A stretch of DNA of 64,000 bases from a virus. Location of the stretch: positions 45,149 through 109,148 of the IMG/VR virus record IMGVR_UViG_3300030387_000087; one strand, 5' to 3'. Position numbers and translations under genes: made by a program. The notes under the pieces are model-generated. The model was given only the letters and a program-made list of their open reading frames with translations, did no database searches and was not told the origin of the DNA. Positions 28,810 to 37,863 of the stretch are shown here, one piece after another (the first letter of the stretch is position 1; every line of letters starts with the position of its first letter).

Positions 28810-29451
28810 ATGATTAATAAAGAGATGATGAGGATTATTAATAGTAATCCTGAGATGATGGCTGTTGTTAATTCGTATATGGAAAATGATATGAGAAAAC
28901 TCAAAAAAATATGTCATAAAGTTTGGTATGGGAAGTTCGATAGAAGTGATTATGATGAGTTATATGATGTGGCGGTTGATTGTCTTATAGAAACATTAAT
29001 TACATACAACAATGAAAAAGCTCGTTTAGAAACATTTCTTGTAGGAAATATCATGAGGAAGACAAGCACATGGATGCGAGATAATAAATATAGATTAAAA
29101 CGCCATAATCTTTTAAAAGACGAAAATGGGAAATTAATTCTTGATGAAAAGGGTAATCCTCAAATTGTTATGAATGTCTCATTAGATATGAATACAGATG
29201 AAGTGATAAATATTAAAGACAATTTACCTTCAAGAGAGAATGTAGAGAAAGAGATATTTTCAGAAGAATATACTGACAAAGTTGAATTATATTTACAGCA
29301 ATTACCACGAAAACAGGAAAGGGTAGCGAGGTTATTATCTCAACAATATACAAAAGATGAGATAGTAGAAATATTACATATAACAGTGAACGAATATAAC
29401 GATTGTTTAGCAGGGTTAAGATCTTATAAAAATGTTGCCATATTAATGTAG
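28810..29451 (+). CDS. sigma-70-family sigma factor-like protein (putative phage transcription factor)
   Basis: region-2-like YDELYDVAVDCLIETL..LETFLVGNIMRKTSTWMRD and region-4-like HTH RLLSQQYTKDEIVEILHITVNEYNDCLAGLRSY. Confidence 0.45.
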   Translation: MINKEMMRIINSNPEMMAVVNSYMENDMRKLKKICHKVWYGKFDRSDYDELYDVAVDCLIETLITYNNEKARLETFLVGNIMRKTSTWMRDNKYRLKRHNLLKDENGKLILDEKGNPQIVMNVSLDMNTDEVINIKDNLPSRENVEKEIFSEEYTDKVELYLQQLPRKQERVARLLSQQYTKDEIVEILHITVNEYNDCLAGLRSYKNVAILM

Positions 29452-29474
29452 TTAAAGAAGGGAGAAAAAAATAT

Positions 29475-31052
29475 ATGTTAATGCCAGTAAAACCAGTTAG
29501 ACCACAAACACTTACATTGAAGTCATATTTAGACAAGTTTAAAGAAGGTGATGTAAAGGGTGACGCAGATACCCAAAGGGCAATGGGGTGTTATACAGAT
29601 AGAATGTTCAATGAACTTGTCGTATCTGTTCTTATAGGAGAATATATTCCACCTCTAATTTTAGGAGAAATGTCTAATTTTTCAGAAAGTTATGTTGAAG
29701 ATGGCTTACAGAGAACAACCGCATTATCTATGTTTAGATATGGTAATAAAGCTGTTAGTAAAGATATTGCTGACAGCGAAATTGCTTATCAGGTTAAAGT
29801 TAAGGATAAAAATGGAAATTATAAACTTGATGGTAATGATAATTTTATAAAAGAGTGGGAAGTATGTGATATAAAAAATAAAACTTATAATCAGTTGCCA
29901 GAAGAGTTAAAGATGAAATTTGATGAGTACCAGATAGGATTAGCAGTTCATCCTGATTCAACCAAAGAAGATATATCCAGAAGAATTCGTATATATAACG
30001 AACATGAAAATATGAAAGCAGCTCAAAGAGCACTTACATATATTCCTACATATGCAAAAAATATAAAGAAAATAATATCTAACAATAGATTTTATAAGGA
30101 TTGTATTGAATATTCTGATAAGGAATTCACTAATGGCTTATATGAAAAAATACTTTGTGAAACGGATATGATTATTTACCATCTTAATGAATGGCAATCA
30201 GTGGTTAAAACAATGGGTATGTATATTGAAGATAATGCGAGTGAAGAAGAGTTTGAAAAAATAAATGCTTTAGCAACTAGATTATATAACATCTTAGGAG
30301 ATGATAAGTATAAAAATCTCTTTAGTAAGAAAAATACATATTTATGGACAGCATTATTTGAGAAATTCACAAAATATAATTTTGAAGATCGTATGTTTAT
30401 CAATTTCTTGAAAGAATTTAATGAGATTTTAGGTGATAAGAGAATTGATGGTTACGACATAAGTTTCAATGAATATGATAAAAAGAAGAGAACTAAAGAT
30501 AAGAAAGTCGTTAAGACAAAACTTGACATGCTTGAAAAACTCATGAAGGAATATTTACATATAACAGATGCAACAGAAGATAAGAACAAAACTACATATA
30601 ATAAGGAAGAAACTCATTCAGAAATGAATGAAAATACAACTGAAACAGAGAATAATATAAAGTCTTCTGATAATAAGGTAACAAATAATAATGAATCTGA
30701 ACAGAATACGGGTTGTGATGATGAAATATTATCATTTGTTAAAGAAAATGTTGCCGATGATATAGAGGATATTGATATAAAGGAATACCAGGATTTCGTG
30801 GATGTGTATTTAAAAATAGATAACCCTTTATATATACAATGCAAGGCAGCATTAATAGCATTAACAGCATATGCTTACAGAACCGAAAAGGATATTGAAT
30901 TGGCAACTTGGTTGGAAAATCATCAGAAGAATGCTATTGATAAGAACTACAGTTCGTCACAGGATGTTAATTACAAGTATATTAAGATGGATTTTGATAA
31001 TTACATAAATTTCTTAAATAATTCAAAGAAAGGAGAAATTATAAATGCCTGA
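29475..31052 (+). CDS. DUF262 / ParB-like (DGQQR-motif) domain protein with low-complexity Asn/Glu-rich region
   Basis: N-terminal EDGLQRTTAL motif (DUF262 DGQQR) preceded by Asp-rich nucleotide-binding-like segment; no recognisable HNH/DUF1524 C-terminus. Confidence 0.55.
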   Translation: MLMPVKPVRPQTLTLKSYLDKFKEGDVKGDADTQRAMGCYTDRMFNELVVSVLIGEYIPPLILGEMSNFSESYVEDGLQRTTALSMFRYGNKAVSKDIADSEIAYQVKVKDKNGNYKLDGNDNFIKEWEVCDIKNKTYNQLPEELKMKFDEYQIGLAVHPDSTKEDISRRIRIYNEHENMKAAQRALTYIPTYAKNIKKIISNNRFYKDCIEYSDKEFTNGLYEKILCETDMIIYHLNEWQSVVKTMGMYIEDNASEEEFEKINALATRLYNILGDDKYKNLFSKKNTYLWTALFEKFTKYNFEDRMFINFLKEFNEILGDKRIDGYDISFNEYDKKKRTKDKKVVKTKLDMLEKLMKEYLHITDATEDKNKTTYNKEETHSEMNENTTETENNIKSSDNKVTNNNESEQNTGCDDEILSFVKENVADDIEDIDIKEYQDFVDVYLKIDNPLYIQCKAALIALTAYAYRTEKDIELATWLENHQKNAIDKNYSSSQDVNYKYIKMDFDNYINFLNNSKKGEIINA

Positions 31053-31248
31053 TATAACAATGTGTACAAGTTCAACTTGCCAGAATAGAGAACAATGCTA
31101 TAGAGCTATGGCTAAACCAGATAAATATCAGTCATATGCTGATTTTACAAAATTATGTGCCGAGAAAGATTATCAGTGTATTTGGGGAATTAAAGATGGA
31201 GATGTTCTTACAAGTGATATGGATAATAATATTATGGCGAGGTGTTAA
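31045..31248 (+). CDS. small Cys-rich protein
   Basis: ORF track; MCTSSTCQNREQCY. Confidence 0.35.
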   Translation: MPDITMCTSSTCQNREQCYRAMAKPDKYQSYADFTKLCAEKDYQCIWGIKDGDVLTSDMDNNIMARC

Positions 31249-31251
31249 AAA

Positions 31252-31407
31252 ATGAATAAGGAAGAATTAAGAGAAGAATTACAGAATTATTCTAAACCAA
31301 AGCTTGTTGAGATGTGTATTAAGTTATTGGAAGAAAAAGAAAAGAGTCTGTCTGATAAACCTGCCACATATGACGAGTTATTAGAAATGGATTGGAATGA
31401 TAAGTAA
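31252..31407 (+). CDS. small hypothetical protein (~51 aa)
   Basis: ATG after RBS gcgaggtg; not in track. Confidence 0.3.
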   Translation: MNKEELREELQNYSKPKLVEMCIKLLEEKEKSLSDKPATYDELLEMDWNDK

Positions 31408-31422
31408 AAGGAGAATAATTAA

Positions 31423-31584
31423 ATGGAAGTATTTTTTATATTAGTTTTAATAGGATTAATAATTTTATGGTTTCTACTGTCAAGATTTTTTCAAAAAATA
31501 GGAAATTCTACTATTAATAAAATGAAAGATCTTGTAACAGATGAAATAAATAACGAAGAAGAAAAGGAGACAAAACAACAATGA
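31423..31584 (+). CDS. small single-TM protein (~53 aa), overlaps SPFH gene start
   Basis: RBS aaaggagaat + ATG; FFILVLIGLIILWFLL hydrophobic helix; stop overlaps the ATG of the SPFH gene. Confidence 0.35.
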   Translation: MEVFFILVLIGLIILWFLLSRFFQKIGNSTINKMKDLVTDEINNEEEKETKQQ

Positions 31585-32450
31585 AGAAAGTTGTAGGTGG
31601 CGTTGTATCTGCCATAGTGATACTATTTTTAGCAATAATTTTATTTAAGTCAACAGTTCGTGTACCTGCTGGATATATTGCCGTACAGTACAGTATGTCG
31701 GGCGGTGTAAAAGGAGATATTCTTACACAAGGATGGCATTTAAAGTCACCAACTGTAAAAACGACACTTTACTCGGTGAGTCTTGAACAGAGCTATTTAA
31801 CGTCCGGCAAGGACGGAGACTCTAAAGATGATGACAGCTTTTCAGCGAGTTCATCTGAGGGTAAGGCTATGCAGATAGATCTTACATTTACATATCAGTA
31901 CAGTCCTGATAAGATAGCTGATCTATTTACAAGATTTAGAGGACAATCTGGAAAGGAAGTAAGAGATAGTTTTATTAAGCCTAATATCATCTCTTGGACT
32001 AAGGAAGTTGTTGCTAACTATAAGGTATCAGATATTCTTGGTTCTGAAAGAGCAAATGTAAATACAGCATTAACTGATTACCTTAATAAGAAATTTGAAC
32101 CATATGGTATAGCGATTAGCAATGTATCATTGATTAATATTTCTGTAGACGAAAAGACACAGGAAGCTATTAATGCAAAGATTACCGCACAGCAAGCAGC
32201 AGAGACACAGGAGATAAATAATCAGACTGCTATTAATAAAGCTAAAGCTGATGCGGAGGTTGCTAAAACACAGGCACAGGCTAAAGCTGATGCACAGCTC
32301 ATAGAAGCTCAAGCACAGGCAGAAGCTAACAGTAAGTTGAGTTCTTCTATCACAGATGAACTTATAAGAATGAAGGAAGCAGAAGCAAGAAATAAGTTCG
32401 GTTGGGTTACAATTTCAGGAACAAATAATACAATTGTAACTGATAAGTAA
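31581..32450 (+). CDS. SPFH/band-7 (stomatin/prohibitin-like) domain membrane protein
   Basis: N-terminal TM helix; PAGYIAVQYSMSGGVKGDILTQGWHLKSP SPFH core; Ala/Gln-rich coiled-coil C-terminus. Confidence 0.7.
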   Translation: MKKVVGGVVSAIVILFLAIILFKSTVRVPAGYIAVQYSMSGGVKGDILTQGWHLKSPTVKTTLYSVSLEQSYLTSGKDGDSKDDDSFSASSSEGKAMQIDLTFTYQYSPDKIADLFTRFRGQSGKEVRDSFIKPNIISWTKEVVANYKVSDILGSERANVNTALTDYLNKKFEPYGIAISNVSLINISVDEKTQEAINAKITAQQAAETQEINNQTAINKAKADAEVAKTQAQAKADAQLIEAQAQAEANSKLSSSITDELIRMKEAEARNKFGWVTISGTNNTIVTDK

Positions 32451-32463
32451 TTAGAGAATATAT

Positions 32464-32486
32464 AGGTGTGGTGAAATTCCACACCT
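32464..32486 (+). other. 8-bp hairpin AGGTGTGG-tgaaatt-CCACACCT between SPFH gene and tRNA-Gln
   Basis: seen in sequence; no T-run, so possible processing site or weak terminator. Confidence 0.35.
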
Positions 32487-32492
32487 AACTAA

Positions 32493-32565
32493 TGGGCTGT
32501 GGTGAAGTGGTCAACACAACAGGTTTTGATCCTGTCATTCGTGGGTTCAAGTCCCACCAGCCTAG
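32493..32565 (+). tRNA. tRNA-Gln (anticodon TTG)
   Basis: manual fold: 7-bp acceptor stem with one G-U pair, anticodon stem ACAGG/CCTGT, loop TTTTGAT, T-arm GTGGG-TTCAAGT-CCCAC; CCA not encoded. Confidence 0.8.
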
Positions 32566-32569
32566 TTAT

Positions 32570-32642
32570 GTGCCATTAGCTCAGTTGGTAGAGCACTAGA
32601 CTTTTAATCTAGGTGTCACGAGTTCAAACCTCGTATGGCACA
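32570..32642 (+). tRNA. tRNA-Lys (anticodon TTT)
   Basis: manual fold: acceptor GTGCCAT/ATGGCAC, D-arm GCTC-AGTTGGTA-GAGC, anticodon stem CTAGA/TCTAG with loop CTTTTAA, T-arm ACGAG-TTCAAAC-CTCGT. Confidence 0.85.
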
Positions 32643-32671
32643 TTATTTATTATATTAGGAGGTATTTTAAA

Positions 32672-33049
32672 ATGAAAACAATAGACAACAAGTTTGAAAT
32701 TGGGGAAGAATGTTATACATATGCAAGAGAAAATGTAGAAGTTATTTGTCCAATATGTAAAGGAACAAAGAAGATTCTTTACAACGGATATGAAATTCCA
32801 TGCAAACAGTGTAATACAACAGGGAAGATTGTATGTAAACAGACAGTGGTTGCACCTCATAAGGTTAGAATTAGAAGAATTGTGGCTAGTATCTGGGATG
32901 AAGTAATCACAATTAAGTATAAGATTGATGCTGTTGATGATTATATTAATGTAAGAAATAGAGGAGAAAGTTCTTTATTTAAGACATTAGAAGAATGCGA
33001 ACAGAAATGTAAAGAGATTAATCAAGGTGAGAGTAGTGCTACATTTTAG
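32672..33049 (+). CDS. zinc-finger protein
   Basis: CPICKGTKK..CKQCNTTGK; RBS ttaggaggt. Confidence 0.45.
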   Translation: MKTIDNKFEIGEECYTYARENVEVICPICKGTKKILYNGYEIPCKQCNTTGKIVCKQTVVAPHKVRIRRIVASIWDEVITIKYKIDAVDDYINVRNRGESSLFKTLEECEQKCKEINQGESSATF

Positions 33050-33086
33050 CAGTAAAATTCTCTTTCTTTGGATTGTGAGGTGGAAT

Positions 33087-33320
33087 ATGACGTTAGAAAC
33101 TTGTATGGAGATAGGAAAAAGTTGCGGATTAACAAAAATAGAAGAATGTTATGATAATATTTATCTTCATTCTTCTATGATATTTAAATATCAGAATATA
33201 AACAAAGAAATTGAAGAATTACAAAGGGATATATTCTATCATGAACCTGATTTATTTTGTCAGATATTTGATAGTACAAAAGAAGATTTGATAAAAAAGG
33301 GATGGAAAATAAAAGAATAA
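33087..33320 (+). CDS. hypothetical protein
   Basis: internal ATG after gattgtgaggtgg leader. Confidence 0.4.
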   Translation: MTLETCMEIGKSCGLTKIEECYDNIYLHSSMIFKYQNINKEIEELQRDIFYHEPDLFCQIFDSTKEDLIKKGWKIKE

Positions 33321-33356
33321 AGAAATGCTTTTCTTTGGATTGTGAGGTGAAAATAA

Positions 33357-33779
33357 ATGGACAAAACAAAAATTAAAACAAAAGAGGTGTGGTCAGCTAA
33401 TAAGTGGTATCTATTTTTTGGAATTCTATTTGTGATTATGATTATCTTATTGGAGATGTGTGCAATAAGACAATTCTTTGTGACAGATACAGAAGAAGCA
33501 TTAGTGTTGCTCTTTATTTTACAACTGCCAGCTATGATTTGTTTATTATTAACAACGATGATTGGAGATTATATTCATAGAGAAAAATTCAATATCTATT
33601 ACTGTAAATTAGAAAATGGTATTGATATTGATTATATCAAAGAAAATTATTGTATAGAAGATATAAATAAGAGTTGCGTATTGTTTGTAGATAAAGGCAA
33701 CGATCATAATTTTTGTGTTTGGAATTTAATGCAAGGATATGATTCATTATATCAAGCAGAAATTAAAATGTTTTTATAA
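33357..33779 (+). CDS. membrane protein (2 predicted TM helices)
   Basis: WYLFFGILFVIMIILL and LVLLFILQLPAMICLLLTTMIG hydrophobic segments. Confidence 0.45.
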   Translation: MDKTKIKTKEVWSANKWYLFFGILFVIMIILLEMCAIRQFFVTDTEEALVLLFILQLPAMICLLLTTMIGDYIHREKFNIYYCKLENGIDIDYIKENYCIEDINKSCVLFVDKGNDHNFCVWNLMQGYDSLYQAEIKMFL

Positions 33780-33819
33780 CAAGAATGTTCGATTTCTTTG
33801 GAAGAGAGGCGAGTAATAT

Positions 33820-34017
33820 ATGAGTAATGGTGATATAGCATTAATTATTTTTTCAATCATTGGATTGATTATTTCGTATTCTGTTTTATGTAGTATGCCA
33901 GGAGATTTTTTGAAAGCATTTGAAGAAAGTTGTAAAGAGTCAATACATAAAAGAGATGAAGAATTAGATAAGAAAGATAAGATGAATAAAGAATTGCAAA
34001 GATGGTTATTTAGGTAG
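33820..34017 (+). CDS. small single-TM protein with charged C-tail (holin-like topology, speculative)
   Basis: IALIIFSIIGLIISYSVL then KRDEELDKKDK. Confidence 0.4.
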   Translation: MSNGDIALIIFSIIGLIISYSVLCSMPGDFLKAFEESCKESIHKRDEELDKKDKMNKELQRWLFR

Positions 34018-34059
34018 AAAGAAAACTTCGATTTATGTGAAATTTAGAAAGGAGACAAT

Positions 34060-34767
34060 ATGAATATCACAGCTATTTCAGTAGAAAATTTAGAAGAAAA
34101 TGGATTGGATTTATTACCTAATAAAATAGAATTAAAAGTACGAGGTAACATTTTCCCAGATACATATGGAAAGTGTATTGGTAGATATGATAAAACCAAT
34201 GACAAGTTTGAATCATTTTTTAAAAAGGATCAAGAGGCAGGAAATACTCGTTATTTTGATGAGTATAAAAAGAAATGCAGCCTTTATGAAAAACATAGAA
34301 TGGTATTTGAACCTGATGGAGATTGTTGCATAGAAAAGGAGATTGTAGACTATTATGTTATGTATAACATATTGGAAAGTAGTAAATTTAAGCCAACAAT
34401 AATCGAAGACCATGTTGATCATTCATACTGTATAAACGGAAGTTTTAAGTGTGAATATGAACTTTTATTTGCTTGTGATGGTGCTATAAGAAGAATTATT
34501 GTTCCATTTACTTCTGTAAATATTCCAATGTATGAATTTATTGGTAATTTAGAAGACATGGTAGAAGAAGTTCTTTATGAGGAATCAGACGAGACAAATC
34601 CATTTAATGATATTTTTAGAGATTGTGATGGATATTATGAAGTTACGATGTTTGATGAGATTGGTATGAATTGTGATATTGAAGTAGAAAGTGCTTCTGA
34701 TTTTATGGCTATGCTTGTGTCAGTTAGATTAGTGGGATATGAGTTTATTGAAGATAAGAATAAATAA
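34060..34767 (+). CDS. hypothetical protein
   Basis: ORF track; RBS aaaggagac. Confidence 0.5.
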   Translation: MNITAISVENLEENGLDLLPNKIELKVRGNIFPDTYGKCIGRYDKTNDKFESFFKKDQEAGNTRYFDEYKKKCSLYEKHRMVFEPDGDCCIEKEIVDYYVMYNILESSKFKPTIIEDHVDHSYCINGSFKCEYELLFACDGAIRRIIVPFTSVNIPMYEFIGNLEDMVEEVLYEESDETNPFNDIFRDCDGYYEVTMFDEIGMNCDIEVESASDFMAMLVSVRLVGYEFIEDKNK

Positions 34768-34901
34768 AACGGAGAATATAACAGTAGAAACAATTAACAA
34801 AAATAAATATAAGAAAGAAGAGGTACAAAACATGGATGGATTTATGAAATTTAAGAAGGCTTTACAGAAGCACTTCGATGAAATGCAGAAAGAAGAGGAT
34901 A

Positions 34902-35906
34902 ATGACAAAAGATAATTATAGTATTTATAAACACACATCCCCAAGCGGTAAATCTTATATAGGAATTACAAAGCAAGGGAAGAAAAGATTTGGCAAAGAT
35001 GGAAATGGTTATAAAAAACAAAGAAAATTTTATAATGCTATTCAAAAATATGGGTGGGATAATTTTGAACATGAAATTATAGAAGATAATTTATCTTTTG
35101 AACAAGCCTGTTTTGGTGAACAACTATACATTGAGATTTATGATTCAATAAATAATGGGTACAATATTGCAATTGGAGGAGAGGGCGTACAAGAAATAGG
35201 AAATAGAAAGGTTGTGCAGCTCTCACAAGATTTAAAACCAGTAAACATTTTTAAATCAGTTTCATATTGCTCAGATGTAGTAGGATTTAAAAGTATTACA
35301 ACGATTAGTAATTGGTGTAATGACGGAAAACTTCACTGTGGATATTATTGGAAATTTTTAGATGAATGTGAAAATGTAAAAATTGAACATAGTTTATTTG
35401 ATGATACTATGGTGAATTATAACCATTTGAATTTTAATCCATATTCTGACAAAGAAGAAAAAATTCATAATTCTCGGAAAGGGAAAAGAAGTAATAGTAA
35501 ACGAAAAATAAATCAATATGCAATGGATGGAACTTATATACGAACATGGGATAGCATTATTGATGCGGTTACATATTATAAGATGCCGAATGATTCAACA
35601 ATTATAAGAGCAATAAAAAATAAGTACAATTGTTTTGGATACAGATGGACATATTACGATGGAAGTATTGTAGATATACTACCTAATATAACCAAGAACA
35701 AGAAAATTTTACAGTTTAATATAAATGGAGTTTTTATAAATAAATATAATAATTCCATACAAGCAGAAAAAGAAACTGGAATATCCAGAAAAAATATTAC
35801 TAGAGTTTGCAGTGGTGGAAGAAAAACAGCTGGTGGTTATATATGGAGATATGAAGAAAATATGTCTGATGAGGATTTGGATAAGGCACTTGCAGAGTTA
35901 GAGTAA
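34902..35906 (+). CDS. GIY-YIG homing endonuclease
   Basis: N-terminal YSIYKHTSPSGKSYIGIT..GKKRF (GIY..YIG..R) module and long basic C-terminal DNA-binding region; start at internal ATG (track ORF begins 34878). Confidence 0.7.
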   Translation: MTKDNYSIYKHTSPSGKSYIGITKQGKKRFGKDGNGYKKQRKFYNAIQKYGWDNFEHEIIEDNLSFEQACFGEQLYIEIYDSINNGYNIAIGGEGVQEIGNRKVVQLSQDLKPVNIFKSVSYCSDVVGFKSITTISNWCNDGKLHCGYYWKFLDECENVKIEHSLFDDTMVNYNHLNFNPYSDKEEKIHNSRKGKRSNSKRKINQYAMDGTYIRTWDSIIDAVTYYKMPNDSTIIRAIKNKYNCFGYRWTYYDGSIVDILPNITKNKKILQFNINGVFINKYNNSIQAEKETGISRKNITRVCSGGRKTAGGYIWRYEENMSDEDLDKALAELE

Positions 35907-35920
35907 TGTTTTATGGGCTG

Positions 35921-35953
35921 GCTGACGAACAGTTGGTCAGTCCTTTTTAATAG
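35921..35953 (+). terminator. rho-independent terminator after homing endonuclease gene
   Basis: GGCTGAC-gaacagttg-GTCAGTCC stem-loop followed by TTTTT. Confidence 0.45.
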
Positions 35954-35970
35954 AAAGAGAGGTATATATT

Positions 35971-36867
35971 ATGCCAGTACATGATGATTTAGGCGTTAGA
36001 ATGAAGACATTCTACGAGCAGATTCCAAAGACAAAGTTAATGAGAAGATGCCCTGTGGCATTGAGAATTGATGGGAAATCTTTTCATACATTCACAAGAG
36101 GATTTCAGAAGCCTTTTGATGAAGTTTTGATTAAATCAATGCAGGAGACTATGAAATATTTATGTGAGAATATTCAGGGTTGTGTTCTTGGATATACACA
36201 GTCAGATGAGATAACACTTATTCTTGTGGATTACAAGAAACTCACATCTTCAGCATGGTTTGACTATGAGGTACAGAAGATATGCAGTATTGCAGCAAGT
36301 ATTGCGACTATGGCTTTTAATAAAGCTTTTAGAAAAAATGTAAACGATTGGTGGTTTACTCCGTTTTCTGGCGTTATAAAAGAATTCCAAGAACGAGAAA
36401 CTTTATATAAAACATATAAAAATGCTATAGAAAAAGGTGCAATGTTTGATTGTCGTTGCTTTAATATTCCAAAGGAAGAAGTAACTAATCTTGTATATTG
36501 GAGACAATTAGACGCTACTCGTAATTCAATTCAGATGGTAGGTCAAGTCAATTTTTCACACAAAGAATTACAGAACAAGTCTTGTAATGAGATTCAGGAT
36601 ATGTTAATGACTCAGAAAGGTGTTAATTGGAATGATTTGCCTATTTATCAGAAGCGTGGAAGTTGCTGTGTAAAAGAAAATCATTTTATAGAAAATGAAA
36701 AAGGAACTCAAATATGTTTTTCGGAAGGGTGTTCAGATCCATTTGAAGATGAAGAAACTTTAACAGGAGTATATAGAAGTGGTTGGGTTATTGATACAGA
36801 AATTCCGATTTTTAAGAATGAAGGTAGAGAATATATAGATAGATTAGTCTATGTTGGTGAAGAATAG
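35971..36867 (+). CDS. Thg1-like protein (tRNA-His guanylyltransferase / 3'-5' polymerase family)
   Basis: ALRIDGKSFHTFT (Thg1 hRhDG+xFHxF motif) and GYTQSDEITLIL (Thg1 QSDE motif) seen in translation. Confidence 0.75.
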   Translation: MPVHDDLGVRMKTFYEQIPKTKLMRRCPVALRIDGKSFHTFTRGFQKPFDEVLIKSMQETMKYLCENIQGCVLGYTQSDEITLILVDYKKLTSSAWFDYEVQKICSIAASIATMAFNKAFRKNVNDWWFTPFSGVIKEFQERETLYKTYKNAIEKGAMFDCRCFNIPKEEVTNLVYWRQLDATRNSIQMVGQVNFSHKELQNKSCNEIQDMLMTQKGVNWNDLPIYQKRGSCCVKENHFIENEKGTQICFSEGCSDPFEDEETLTGVYRSGWVIDTEIPIFKNEGREYIDRLVYVGEE

Positions 36868-36881
36868 AAGGGAAGTACAAA

Positions 36882-37151
36882 ATGTTTGGATTAAAAGTGG
36901 CAAGTACACATGAAATAATTGAAAAATTAGAGGAATATGAAAAAGAAAATGGAGTCGGTGCAATAGTATCATTGAGTACAATGTGTAGAGGCGACAGAAC
37001 TGTTCAGTATGTATTTGAAATTGCAAATGATTCTGATGGGAATAGGGTATTAGCACCAGATAAAGATAGATACAAAAGAACTAAAATTGAAATATCTGCT
37101 GTATTGGACGATTCATTATTTCCAAATAGGTATAAAATTCCAAATAAATAA
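36882..37151 (+). CDS. hypothetical protein
   Basis: ORF track; RBS gaagggaag. Confidence 0.4.
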   Translation: MFGLKVASTHEIIEKLEEYEKENGVGAIVSLSTMCRGDRTVQYVFEIANDSDGNRVLAPDKDRYKRTKIEISAVLDDSLFPNRYKIPNK

Positions 37152-37201
37152 TTTTGTTAAGAAATTCACGATTCATGTGGAATTTAGAAAGGAAAGAATA
37201 T

Positions 37202-37447
37202 ATGGTTAGATATTTTTGCGATTTATGTGATAAGGAAGTTGATAAATATAATGAGTATTCGTTGCCGATTGCAGCCACTTTTATAAATGGTGAACCATAT
37301 GATTTAATTCAAGTTCCTGGGTTTAATTTGTGTAAAGATTGTAGAAGTAGGTTTTACGGAGTCGTTGAAAGTATTGTTCCAAAGCAGAAGATTGAAGAAT
37401 TAAATAAGAGGGCTTTGGATATAAAAATGGGAAGATGTGATGAGTAA
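37202..37447 (+). CDS. zinc-ribbon protein
   Basis: internal ATG (MVRYFCDLCDK..CKDC) after conserved leader motif. Confidence 0.4.
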   Translation: MVRYFCDLCDKEVDKYNEYSLPIAATFINGEPYDLIQVPGFNLCKDCRSRFYGVVESIVPKQKIEELNKRALDIKMGRCDE

Positions 37448-37488
37448 CAAGAATCGCACATTTCTTGCGGGAATTTGGAGGTGAAATT

Positions 37489-37761
37489 ATGTTCGTTTAT
37501 GGAAGATTAAAAACTATATTTATGAAACCGTCGGAGATACCTAAAGAAAAAGAAAAGGAATATTTTTGTGTAGGCGATGTGCCGGAAGGTGGTATAGCAA
37601 TTTATAATCAAGGATATTTTATTCCTCATAAGACATTAAGTGAAATAGTAAGTAAATATAATTCAGAAATAGAAGAATTAAAAAATGCATTGGAAAACAA
37701 AGAGATCGAATATGACAAATTGAAAAGAAAATACGATAAATTATTGGATGGGGTGAGTTAA
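37489..37761 (+). CDS. hypothetical protein
   Basis: internal ATG (MFVYGRLK) after conserved leader motif and RBS tttggaggtg. Confidence 0.4.
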   Translation: MFVYGRLKTIFMKPSEIPKEKEKEYFCVGDVPEGGIAIYNQGYFIPHKTLSEIVSKYNSEIEELKNALENKEIEYDKLKRKYDKLLDGVS

Positions 37762-37863
37762 TGTCAAACTTATATGTATATCTAATGCGTTCTCGTAACA
37801 AGGATATTCCAAATTTTAATGAACGAGTAAAAACAGATATGTGAAATTTTGGAGGTTAAGACA

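Noticed and set aside
32493-32642. The tRNA pair as a prophage att site
   Set aside because: Both tRNAs are complete and sit inside continuous phage-like gene content on both sides; the integrase is 6 kb away. They fit phage-encoded tRNAs better than an integration target.
34832-34915. 27-codon ORF (MDGFMKFKKALQKHFDEMQKEEDNDKR) overlapping the GIY-YIG gene start
   Set aside because: Too short, no conserved features, and it overlaps the better-supported homing endonuclease start. It may just be upstream leader.
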